From assembly GCA_934481515.1 (NCBI GenBank), contig CAKSPO010000003.1:4250-68249 (forward strand): a stretch of DNA of 64,000 nt, in the 5' to 3' direction. This document shows, piece after piece, positions 9,027-17,513 of the stretch. The notes below the pieces were generated by a model that had not been told where the DNA came from, did not search any database, and saw nothing but the letters and a program-made list of their open reading frames with translations. Position numbers and translations under genes: made by a program. The stretch's first letter is position 1. Each line of letters starts with the position of its first letter. Source of the stretch: an uncultured Eubacteriales bacterium. Lineage in GTDB: Bacteria > Bacillota > Clostridia > Oscillospirales > CAG-272.

Positions 9027-9155
9027 TTTTTTGCGGCTGTGGCGGAATTCTGCGGGGCTTTGAAAAACTTGCGGGAAATGATTGCATTTCCCGCCGGAAT
9101 CCTGTATAATAAAAGAAAAGTGTAAAAAACAGTTCCGGGAAGGAGGGGATGTCCG

Positions 9156-10307
9156 ATGCGGCAGACAGAGGAGAAGGACATGGCAACGAAAAAAAGAGAA
9201 CGGACACCGGCACCGAAGCGGCAGGAAGAAAAAAGACCGGGCTTTTTCCGGAGACTCTTTTCCGGAAAGGGAAAATTGCAGCTCAGCCGGAACATCGGAA
9301 TCGACCTCGGAACCGCCACGGTGCTGGTTTATGTGCAGGGAAAGGGCATTGTCTTGCAGGAGCCGTCGGTGGTCGCCATTGATGTCAACACCGACCGGAT
9401 TCTCAAAGTCGGAAAGGAAGCCCAGCAGATGCTCGGTCGGACGCCCGGAAACATCGTTGCGGTGCGCCCGTTGCGCGAGGGGGTCATCAGTCAGTATGAA
9501 GTGACGCTGAAGATGATACAATATTTCATCCGGCGTGCCTGCGGAAATCTGTTTTTTCCTCCGCAGGTCATGATCTGCATTCCCTCCGGAATTACGGAGG
9601 TGGAGGAGCGTGCCGTGCGGGATGCCGCGAGAGAAGCGGGCGCACATAAAACGTATCTGATTGAGGAGCCGGTGGCGGCGGCAATCGGAGCCGGGCTGAA
9701 TATTTATGCTCCGGTCGGAAACATGGTGGTTGACATCGGCGGCGGAACCACGGATATTGCGGTCCTGTCGCTCGGCGGTGTGGTCGTGTCCCGCTCCCTC
9801 AAAATCGCGGGGGACAAATTCGACGAAGCAATTATCCGTTATGTCCGGAAGAAATACAGCGTTCTGATCGGTGAGAGAACCGCCGAAGCGGTCAAAAAAC
9901 AGATCGGCGCCGTGTACGATCACAGCAACCCGAAAAGTGTGGAGGTCAAGGGACGGTGCATCAATCAGGGGCTTCCCAAGGTAATTTCCATCAGCTCCAA
10001 GGAAATGATTGAAGCGCTGGCAGAACCGGTCACGGCAATTCTGGACGGGGTCTGCTGGGTGATCGAAAATACGCCACCGGAGCTTCTGGGCGACATTCTG
10101 CGCAACGGAATCGTGATGACGGGCGGCGGCAGTCTTTTGTACGGCTTTGACCGGCTGTTGACCCGTGTTACGGGAATCCAGACCAGGGTTGCAAAAGACG
10201 CGGTTTCCTGCGTGGCGATCGGAACCGGAAAGTCGCTGGACAATCTGGATCTGTTGCAGGAGGGCGTTCTGAACATTTCCAGGAGCCGCAGAAACGGGGA
10301 ACCGTGA
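9156..10307 (+). CDS. mreB: MreB/Mbl actin-like rod-shape protein with ~45-aa basic N-terminal extension
   Basis: IGIDLGTA, DIGGGTTD and MTGGGS actin-fold motifs are present. GGAGGGG RBS. Confidence 0.92.
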   Translation: MRQTEEKDMATKKRERTPAPKRQEEKRPGFFRRLFSGKGKLQLSRNIGIDLGTATVLVYVQGKGIVLQEPSVVAIDVNTDRILKVGKEAQQMLGRTPGNIVAVRPLREGVISQYEVTLKMIQYFIRRACGNLFFPPQVMICIPSGITEVEERAVRDAAREAGAHKTYLIEEPVAAAIGAGLNIYAPVGNMVVDIGGGTTDIAVLSLGGVVVSRSLKIAGDKFDEAIIRYVRKKYSVLIGERTAEAVKKQIGAVYDHSNPKSVEVKGRCINQGLPKVISISSKEMIEALAEPVTAILDGVCWVIENTPPELLGDILRNGIVMTGGGSLLYGFDRLLTRVTGIQTRVAKDAVSCVAIGTGKSLDNLDLLQEGVLNISRSRRNGEP

Positions 10308-10423
10308 GAAGCTTTCCGGAGCATTGCTTTTTGACGGCTTTGCAGTCGGACAGAACGGATCAGGAACGGAAATATCCTCCGGGATAAGCTCCGGGGCGAA
10401 GATACAGAGGAGGAAGGTCAGGT

Positions 10424-11890
10424 ATGAAAACAGTGATCCAGGGGCGCAAGCCGGCATCGGTCTTTCGCTTTTTTGAAGAGATATGCGCCATCCCGCATCC
10501 GTCGCATCATGAGGAAAAGATTGCGGCGTATCTTGTGGATTTTGCCGAATCGCGCGGGCTGGAGTATTACACGGACGGGCTGCACAATGTTCTGATAAAA
10601 TCGCCGGCGACCGAAGGAAGAGAAGCGGAGGCACCGATCCTGTTCCAGGGGCACACCGACATGGTGTGCGAAAAGAACGGCGATGTGGTACATGATTTCT
10701 TCACGGATCCGCTCAAGCTCTTTACGGACGGCAATCTTCTGGGTGCCCGCGGCACGACGCTCGGCGGGGATGACGGCATTGCGGTCGCCATGATGCTTGC
10801 CCTGCTGGACGGAGAAATTCCGTCGCATCCCGCCATGGAATGCCTTTTCACCGTTGCGGAGGAAACCGGAATGAACGGGGCACAGGGCTTTGATTATTCC
10901 GGAATTTCCGCCCGCCGGATGGTGAACATGGACAGCGAGGAGCTGGGAGTCATCACTGCCGGATGTGCCGGAGGAATCCGGACCGACCTGACGCTGACGG
11001 CGCAAACCGAGCCGTTTGCGGGGGAAGCGCTCCGCATTTCGGTCACGGGGCTGATGGGAGGCCATTCGGGCGAGAACATCAACAGCGGACGCGCAAACGC
11101 GAACAAGCTGATGGGAAGAGTGCTTGCGGAGCTTCTTTCCGGGCTGCCGGAGGCACAGCTGCGCCTGGTCGGGCTTTGCGGCGGTTCCAAGGACAACGCC
11201 ATTCCGCGGGAATGCACGGCGGTTGTTTCCGTAAAGGATGCGGAAGCTGTAAAAGCCGTTATTACGATGCTGCAGAAAACGGAGAAAAATCTTCAGGCAG
11301 AGCTTTCGGAGGCAGATCATGCGTTCCGCCTCACCGTGGAGCGGGAACGCGCTTCGGATGCTCCTGCGCGGATGTTCACCGGAGCGGATACCAAAAATGC
11401 CGTTGCGGTGCTTGCCTGTGCGGCAAACGGGGTGCTGGAAATGAACCGGTTGGTTGAGGGACTTGTGGAATATTCCAGGAACCTCGGCGTGGTGGAAACG
11501 AGCGGAGAGACCGTCCGGTTTGTGTTTTCCGCCCGTTCCGCAAAGGAGAGCCGTTTGGATGCCTCCACGGCGGAACTGGATCTGCTTGCCGCTGTGACAG
11601 GATGCAAAACCCGTCACTACAGCAGATACCCCGGCTGGGATTTTGCAGAGAAGTCTCAGATCCGGTCGGCGTACCTCGCGGCGTACCGGGACGTGACGGG
11701 GCAGGATGCCACGGTCAATGTCATTCATGCCGGGCTGGAGTGCGGGCTGATTTCTTCCAGAATTCCCGATATGGATATCATCTCGGTAGGACCCACCATG
11801 CATGACATCCATTCTCCGAATGAGCGGCTGGATCTCGCTTCCACCGAAATTTTCTGGAAGACCATTGTGCGTCTGATGGAGCTTCTGTAA
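10424..11890 (+). CDS. pepD: Aminoacyl-histidine dipeptidase (M20 family, PepD)
   Basis: 488 aa. FEEICAIPHPSHHE, QGHTDMV and GGDDGIAVA are typical PepD motifs. Confidence 0.9.
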   Translation: MKTVIQGRKPASVFRFFEEICAIPHPSHHEEKIAAYLVDFAESRGLEYYTDGLHNVLIKSPATEGREAEAPILFQGHTDMVCEKNGDVVHDFFTDPLKLFTDGNLLGARGTTLGGDDGIAVAMMLALLDGEIPSHPAMECLFTVAEETGMNGAQGFDYSGISARRMVNMDSEELGVITAGCAGGIRTDLTLTAQTEPFAGEALRISVTGLMGGHSGENINSGRANANKLMGRVLAELLSGLPEAQLRLVGLCGGSKDNAIPRECTAVVSVKDAEAVKAVITMLQKTEKNLQAELSEADHAFRLTVERERASDAPARMFTGADTKNAVAVLACAANGVLEMNRLVEGLVEYSRNLGVVETSGETVRFVFSARSAKESRLDASTAELDLLAAVTGCKTRHYSRYPGWDFAEKSQIRSAYLAAYRDVTGQDATVNVIHAGLECGLISSRIPDMDIISVGPTMHDIHSPNERLDLASTEIFWKTIVRLMELL

Positions 11891-11947
11891 TCACGTTCGC
11901 ACAGAAAAGACGCGGGAATGTTCCGGAAACCGTTTCCCGGAAAAGAA

Positions 11948-11985
11948 AAACGCTCCGGAGCGGCAGAACGCTACGGAGCGTTTTT
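11948..11985 (+). terminator. Rho-independent terminator after pepD
   Basis: AAACGCTCCG (11948-11957) pairs with CGGAGCGTTT (11974-11983), followed by a T-run. Confidence 0.8.
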
Positions 11986-12014
11986 AAAGCACCGCACACC
12001 ATTTACGATTGGTG

Positions 12015-12165
12015 CGCTTGCTCACGCCTCTCCGCCATACTTCACAAAAATTCTTGCCGGTAGCCCGGCTGCAGCCTGCGGATTTTTTGTGTCGTCTGAC
12101 GGAACATTCGATTTTTCAGGTTGTGATTCGCACCATAGAAACTGCACGGTGCTGCCTTGAGAGAA
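12015..12165 (+). repeat. Dispersed ~150-nt intergenic element, copy B
   Basis: See copy A. It has the same orientation and lies just after the pepD terminator. Confidence 0.7.
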
Positions 12166-12273
12166 CGGAAAAGACCGGAACCGCTTTACCGGGAGCCGAA
12201 AGCACACCGGAGGTGCGGGGGTTTGGTTTTGATTCGGTGTCCTGCCGCCGTCCGGAGTGCCGGCGGTCGGGGT

Positions 12274-12939
12274 TCAGGTCAGGCTGTCCGGAAGAACATC
12301 GGAGAAGGCTTCCCAGGCTTCGCAAAGGGGCGGGAGCGAGGTGAAGCTCAGGAGCGCTCCGCTCTCCGGCTCCGGAAAGGACAGGTGTGCCGCATAAAGC
12401 GCGATCGGGCAACGCAGAGGAGAGCCGTATTTGCGGTCGCCGAGCAGGGGATGACGGCGGGAGGCAAACTGAACCCGGATCTGGTGGGTTCTTCCGGTTT
12501 GCAGTGAGATATGCAAAAGGGTTTTCGCACCTGCTCCTTCTTCCCGGACGGAAAGTGTTTTATAGCGGAGAACCGCTTCCTTCGCGCCCTTGCGCGCACG
12601 GTCTACCGCAAAGCTTTTGTTTTGCAAGCGGTCATGAAACAGCCAGTCGCGTAGCTCTCCCGCGTCGGGAGAGGGAGTGCCGTGCACGATTGCAAGATAC
12701 TCCTTCCGGAATTTTTGCGTGCGGATGGATTCCGAAAGTGACGCGGCGGCGGCAGGTGTTTTGGCGTAGACCATCACGCCGCCGACCCCGCGGTCCAGGC
12801 GGTGCACCACACCGACATAGGTACCGGTATATTCTTCTACAAGGTTGGCAAAGCCGGTGTGATCCGGCGTTTGCTCCGAGACGGCGCCCGGAGGCTTGAC
12901 GCAGACCAGAAGCGCATTGTTTTCATAAAGAATCTCCAT
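12274..12939 (-). CDS. RluA-family pseudouridine synthase
   Basis: The start is moved to MEILYENNALLVCVKP (ATG 12939, GGGAGG RBS). It has the catalytic HRLDRGVGG motif and a C-terminal THQIRVQ. Confidence 0.88.
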   Translation of the reverse strand: MEILYENNALLVCVKPPGAVSEQTPDHTGFANLVEEYTGTYVGVVHRLDRGVGGVMVYAKTPAAAASLSESIRTQKFRKEYLAIVHGTPSPDAGELRDWLFHDRLQNKSFAVDRARKGAKEAVLRYKTLSVREEGAGAKTLLHISLQTGRTHQIRVQFASRRHPLLGDRKYGSPLRCPIALYAAHLSFPEPESGALLSFTSLPPLCEAWEAFSDVLPDSLT

Positions 12940-12975
12940 AAGAAACCTCCCGGATGAGAAAGGATCGGACGCGAA

Positions 12976-13755
12976 ATGAACGAAAGAGGACAACGGGAAA
13001 ACATCGGAACAGAATTGCGGCGGCTGACGGAAGAGGAGCCGGGACTGCGGGTCTGTATGTTCGAAGAGATTGATTCCACCAACAGCGAAGCCAAGCGCCG
13101 CGCGGCGGGAGGAGACGGAGGTCCGTTGCTCCTTGTGGCGCGGATGCAGACTGCCGGACGCGGGCGGATGGGCAGAAGCTTTTCCTCTCCCGCGTCCTCC
13201 GGGGTTTATTTCAGCCTTCTTTATACGCCCCTGACGGGGATGCGGGACGCGGTGCACATTACGTCGGCGGCGGCAGTTGCTGTCCGGCGGTCAATTTTCC
13301 GCTGCACCGGAAAGAAGGTCGGCATCAAGTGGGTGAACGATCTGTACTATCAGGGGAAAAAGGTCTGCGGGATTCTCTGCGAATCCATGATGACGGACGG
13401 GGGACAGAGAATTGTTATCGGAATCGGGATCAATCTGGACGGCAAGGCACTTCCGAAGGAGCTGGCGGCAACCGCAGGCGGGCTTGGAGAAAGTCCCGTG
13501 GTCGCGGAAGCGCTTGCGGCGGAGTCCTGTCGGGAATTGCTGAAAATGATCCGTTCCCCGATGGATTTTTCATGGCTTTACGAATACCGGAGCGCATCGA
13601 TAGTGCTTGGAAAGGCGGTTCGGTGGAGCCGGGGAGAGAAAACCGGGGAGGGGATTGCCGCGGACATTGACGAGACCGGACGATTGAGCGTTCTGGGGGC
13701 GGATGGGACGGTCGTTCTGCTGGACAGCGGGGAAATCTCCCTTCGCCTTTGCTGA
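12976..13755 (+). CDS. birA: Biotin--protein ligase (group I BirA, no HTH domain)
   Basis: It has GRGRMGRSFSSPASSGVYFSLL (the GRGRxGRxWxS motif) and KWVNDL. Confidence 0.88.
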   Translation: MNERGQRENIGTELRRLTEEEPGLRVCMFEEIDSTNSEAKRRAAGGDGGPLLLVARMQTAGRGRMGRSFSSPASSGVYFSLLYTPLTGMRDAVHITSAAAVAVRRSIFRCTGKKVGIKWVNDLYYQGKKVCGILCESMMTDGGQRIVIGIGINLDGKALPKELAATAGGLGESPVVAEALAAESCRELLKMIRSPMDFSWLYEYRSASIVLGKAVRWSRGEKTGEGIAADIDETGRLSVLGADGTVVLLDSGEISLRLC

Positions 13756-13972
13756 GACTTCCGTGCCGGATTTTCAAAGGGCAATCCTTTGAAAAAATTT
13801 TATGGCGCTCCGGAAAAGAATCTTTCCGACTGTACCTTTCCGGAAACGCTCTCTTCGGAAGCCGTTCCTTTGAAGCTTTGAAGCTCTGAAGTTTTGAGAC
13901 GCTGAAAAAGAGATCGTTTCTTGAGATATATCCGTTTTTTAAAACTGTATCTGTTGTTTTTAAAAAGGGTGG

Positions 13973-13996
13973 AAAGGCTTCTTGAAAAGCCTTTTT
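13973..13996. terminator. Hairpin between convergent birA and the methyltransferase gene (possible bidirectional terminator)
   Basis: AAAGGCTT (13973-13980) pairs with AAGCCTTT (13987-13994). It is flanked by A and T runs. Confidence 0.5.
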
Positions 13997-14146
13997 ACCT
14001 TTTTTTACTCAAAATTCATCAATAAATTGTTGAATTTTATTCTATAAATTTAGAATAAAACTAAATTTTATTTTAATTTTCAGAGATGAAAGAGAAAAAA
14101 TGAATCATCAAAATAATTGCCGGAAAAAGGAAAAACGGGGGCGGGG

Positions 14147-15505
14147 TCAAACCACCTGAAAGATGAAAAACTTCAGGTAATCCGTTTCCGGCACGTTCCA
14201 GAGGATGGGGTGATCCGGCGCCTGTTGCCGCGCTTCCAGCTGCCGCAGACTCACTCCGGCGTCGGCTGCGGCATCGTGAAGCATCCGGCGGAAGTGATTT
14301 TCGTCCATGAAATGCGAGCAGGAGCAGGTGGCAAGGTAGCCGCCCCGGCGCAACAGGCGCATGGCTTTCAGGTTGATCTCCTTGTATCCGCGTGTTGCGT
14401 GCTCCAGCGTGTCCCGGCTTTTGGTGAAGGCGGGCGGATCCAGAATGATGAGGTCGTAATCGCATTTTCCGTGTTCTGCCATTTCCGTCAGGAGGTCGAA
14501 CACATCGGCGCGTACAAAGTCCATGCGATCGCACAATCCGTTGCGGAGTGCGTTCTCTTTTGCCAGCGCAAGTGCGTCCGCCGAGATGTCCACGGCGGTG
14601 ACATGGGAGGCTCCGGCGGCAGCCGCGTTGAGTGCAAAGGAGCCGGTGTGCGTGAAGCAGTCCAGCACACGCTTTCCTTCGGCAAGCGTCCGGATGGCGC
14701 GGCGGTTGTATTTCTGATCCAGAAAGAATCCGGTTTTCTGCCCGTGGATATAATCCACCTCGTAGCGGATGCCGTTCTCGACGATTTCGGTTTTTCCTGT
14801 GGGAGTTGTTACAGGTGCAGAAGCTGATACAGATGCGGCAGGCGTGTCGATGGCGGCAGTCACTATGGTGTTTGCTGCGGTATTTGCGGCATTGGCGGTA
14901 ACGTCTGTGATGTTTGCGGTCACTCCGCCTGCGGGATCGGAAAGTCCGTCGCCGTGCCAGAAGCCGGTGTACTGTTCCATTCCTTCCAGTTCCCGGATGG
15001 CAACGTCGTTCCGCTCGTAGAGCACCGAGATTTCCGTGCCGAATTCCTCCTGTAACAGGCGCAGGAGCATCGAATAGAGCCGGTCCTTGATCCGGTCGGT
15101 TCCGAGGCAGAGTACCTGTGAAACCAGCACATTCTCAAAGCGGTCTACGGTCAGTCCCGGAAATGCGTCCGCTTCGCCGAAAATCAGGCGGCAGCAGCGG
15201 AAGTCTGTTTCTCCCATCGCGTCTTTGCGGTACTGCAATGCCCAGCGGAGTTTGCGCTCCCAGAAAGCGTCATCCGGTCGGTCGTTTGCGTTTTTGGTAA
15301 AAATCCGGACGCGGATTTTGGAGCGGGAATTGAAAAAGCCGGTGCCGAGGTAGCGCCCTTTTTTGGAATAGACGTCCGCAATTGCGCCGTCCTCCGGGTC
15401 TCCGGCAACGGAGGTCACCTCGTCTGCGTAAACCCAGACATGTCCTCCCTTGAGAAACCGTTCTCCTTTTTCCGTGATTTGAACCGATGGATACTCGCGC
15501 GTCAT
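14147..15505 (-). CDS. RlmI/YwbD-like class I SAM-dependent rRNA methyltransferase (PUA + MTase) with Ala/Thr-rich insertion
   Basis: The start is MTREYPSVQITEKG. Motifs are VLDCFTHTGSFAL (SAM motif I) and LDPPAFTKS (motif IV). The insertion spans aa ~186-238. Confidence 0.85.
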   Translation of the reverse strand: MTREYPSVQITEKGERFLKGGHVWVYADEVTSVAGDPEDGAIADVYSKKGRYLGTGFFNSRSKIRVRIFTKNANDRPDDAFWERKLRWALQYRKDAMGETDFRCCRLIFGEADAFPGLTVDRFENVLVSQVLCLGTDRIKDRLYSMLLRLLQEEFGTEISVLYERNDVAIRELEGMEQYTGFWHGDGLSDPAGGVTANITDVTANAANTAANTIVTAAIDTPAASVSASAPVTTPTGKTEIVENGIRYEVDYIHGQKTGFFLDQKYNRRAIRTLAEGKRVLDCFTHTGSFALNAAAAGASHVTAVDISADALALAKENALRNGLCDRMDFVRADVFDLLTEMAEHGKCDYDLIILDPPAFTKSRDTLEHATRGYKEINLKAMRLLRRGGYLATCSCSHFMDENHFRRMLHDAAADAGVSLRQLEARQQAPDHPILWNVPETDYLKFFIFQVV

Positions 15506-15716
15506 AAAAGCTGCCTGTCCTTTCCGAAAAGTCGGCGGATGCGCAAGCGTTGCGGAATCCACCGGGTAGATGCACACCAGTATAGCATAAAAACCCGCTT
15601 TCTGTCGGCTTGTTCACAGAAAGTTAACACGAAAAGAAGAACGGATTATTGCAATCCGGGCGGAAAAAGGATAAAATATATAAGATAAAGACGAAAGACC
15701 GAGGAACTGCGAAATC

Positions 15717-16439
15717 ATGTTGGAATTCAGAAATGTATCGTATACAGCCGAGGACGGGAAGAAAATTCTTTCCGATGTCAGCCTGCAGATCAATGACCGT
15801 TTTGTTGCCATTACGGGTCCCAATGGCGGCGGAAAGTCCACCATGGCAAAGCTGATTGCGGGAATTTACCGTCCGAGCGCCGGAAGAATTTATCTGGACG
15901 GGCAGGACATTACCGATTTGTCGGTCACGGAGCATGCGAAGTGCGGAATCAGCTTTGCGTTTCAGCAACCGGTTCGCTTCAAGGGGATTACCGTAAAGGA
16001 TCTGATTTCCATTGCGTCCGGCAAAAAAATTTCCGTCAATGAGGCTTGCCAGTATCTGTCGGAGGTCGGGCTTTGCGCCAAGGATTATATCAACCGGGAG
16101 GTGGATGCGTCCCTTTCCGGCGGAGAGCTGAAACGGATTGAGATTGCCATGATTAACGTGCGGGGCACCAAGCTGTCGGTGTTTGATGAGCCGGAGGCGG
16201 GAATTGATCTGTGGAGCTTTCAGAATCTGATTCAGGTATTCCGCAATATGTACGAGCGGACCCGGGGAAGCATTCTGATTATTTCCCATCAGGAGAGAAT
16301 TCTTGACATTGCGGATAAGATTATTGTCATTTCCGGCGGGAAAGTGGTTTCCTACGGGAGCCGGGAGGAGATTCTGCCGGAACTGTTGAGCCGGAAAACC
16401 TGTTGCCGCATGACAAAGGAGGAGTGCCATCATGATTGA
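15717..16439 (+). CDS. sufC: SufC-like ABC ATPase
   Basis: Walker A GPNGGGKST, signature LSGGELKR and Walker B SVFDEPEAG are present. It overlaps the SufBD gene by 8 nt. Confidence 0.8.
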   Translation: MLEFRNVSYTAEDGKKILSDVSLQINDRFVAITGPNGGGKSTMAKLIAGIYRPSAGRIYLDGQDITDLSVTEHAKCGISFAFQQPVRFKGITVKDLISIASGKKISVNEACQYLSEVGLCAKDYINREVDASLSGGELKRIEIAMINVRGTKLSVFDEPEAGIDLWSFQNLIQVFRNMYERTRGSILIISHQERILDIADKIIVISGGKVVSYGSREEILPELLSRKTCCRMTKEECHHD

Positions 16440-17352
16440 CGCCATTCAGAAAAAGCTTCTGGAAGAGGTTGCGGGGATTCACGAGGTGCCGGAAGGGGCT
16501 TACTCCCTGCGCATCAACGGCGCTCTTTACGGAAAGAACGATTCCGCCAATATTCACATTGAGAAAAAGACGGACAAGTCCGGCATTGATATTTATATTC
16601 ATCCGGGAACCAAAAACGAGAGTGTACACATTCCGGTGCTCCTGTCGCAGACGGGGCTGAAGGAGCTGGTATACAACGATTTTCACATCGGTGAGGGTGC
16701 GGACGTGACCATTGTCGCAGGGTGCGGCATCCACAACTCCGGCACGTCGGAGAGTGAGCACAGCGGGATTCACACCTTTTGGCTGGAGAAGAATGCACGG
16801 GTGCGCTATATCGAAAAGCACTACGGCGAGGGAGACGGAAACGGAAAAAATGTGATGAACCCCACCACAATTGCGTTCCTCGGCGAAAACAGCTATATGG
16901 AGATGGAAACTGCGCAGATCAAGGGGGTGGATTCCACCCGGCGCGAGACGCGCGCGACGCTGGAGGACGGGGCTGTGCTGGTGATTCATGAGAAGATCAT
17001 GACGCACGGGAGCCAAACGGCGGAGACGCATTTTACGGTAGACCTGAACGGGGTAGATTGCGGGACGCATGTCGTTTCCCGCTCGGTTGCGAGGGATCGG
17101 AGCCGGCAGGCATTTCTTTCCCATGTCAACGGAAACAACAAATGCAACGGGCACACCGAATGCGATGCCATTATTATGGATTCCGCATCCGTGACCGCTC
17201 TGCCGCAGATTGAAGCGAATCATGTGGATGCTTCTTTGATTCACGAGGCTGCCATCGGAAAGATTGCGGGAGAGCAGCTGATAAAGCTGATGACGCTGGG
17301 GCTGACCGAGAAGGAAGCCGAAGAGCAGATCATCAACGGCTTTCTGAACTGA
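16432..17352 (+). CDS. SufB/SufD-family Fe-S assembly protein
   Basis: 306 aa with a beta-helix-like repeat core. The C-terminal motif HEAAIGKIAGEQLIKLMTLGLTEKEAEEQIINGF is typical of SufBD. Confidence 0.8.
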   Translation: MIDAIQKKLLEEVAGIHEVPEGAYSLRINGALYGKNDSANIHIEKKTDKSGIDIYIHPGTKNESVHIPVLLSQTGLKELVYNDFHIGEGADVTIVAGCGIHNSGTSESEHSGIHTFWLEKNARVRYIEKHYGEGDGNGKNVMNPTTIAFLGENSYMEMETAQIKGVDSTRRETRATLEDGAVLVIHEKIMTHGSQTAETHFTVDLNGVDCGTHVVSRSVARDRSRQAFLSHVNGNNKCNGHTECDAIIMDSASVTALPQIEANHVDASLIHEAAIGKIAGEQLIKLMTLGLTEKEAEEQIINGFLN

Positions 17353-17449
17353 CACGCTTCGGAAGGTTTTCCGGCGGTTGCAGAAGTGTTCCGGTTTCTA
17401 CCGAGGTAGAAGAGATTTTTTGTCCGGCAAAATCTTTTGATACAAGAAT

Positions 17450-17484
17450 GGGGCTGTGAAAAACGTGATGTTTTTCACAGCCCC
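17450..17484. terminator. Palindromic hairpin GGGGCTGTGAAAAACGTGATGTTTTTCACAGCCCC between convergent sufBD and LRR genes
   Basis: It has a 14-bp stem and is followed by TGTTTTG on the + strand. A near-identical copy lies at 48963-48997. Confidence 0.7.
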
Positions 17485-17513
17485 TGTTTTGTTATTCGGT
17501 GGATTCGGATGGA

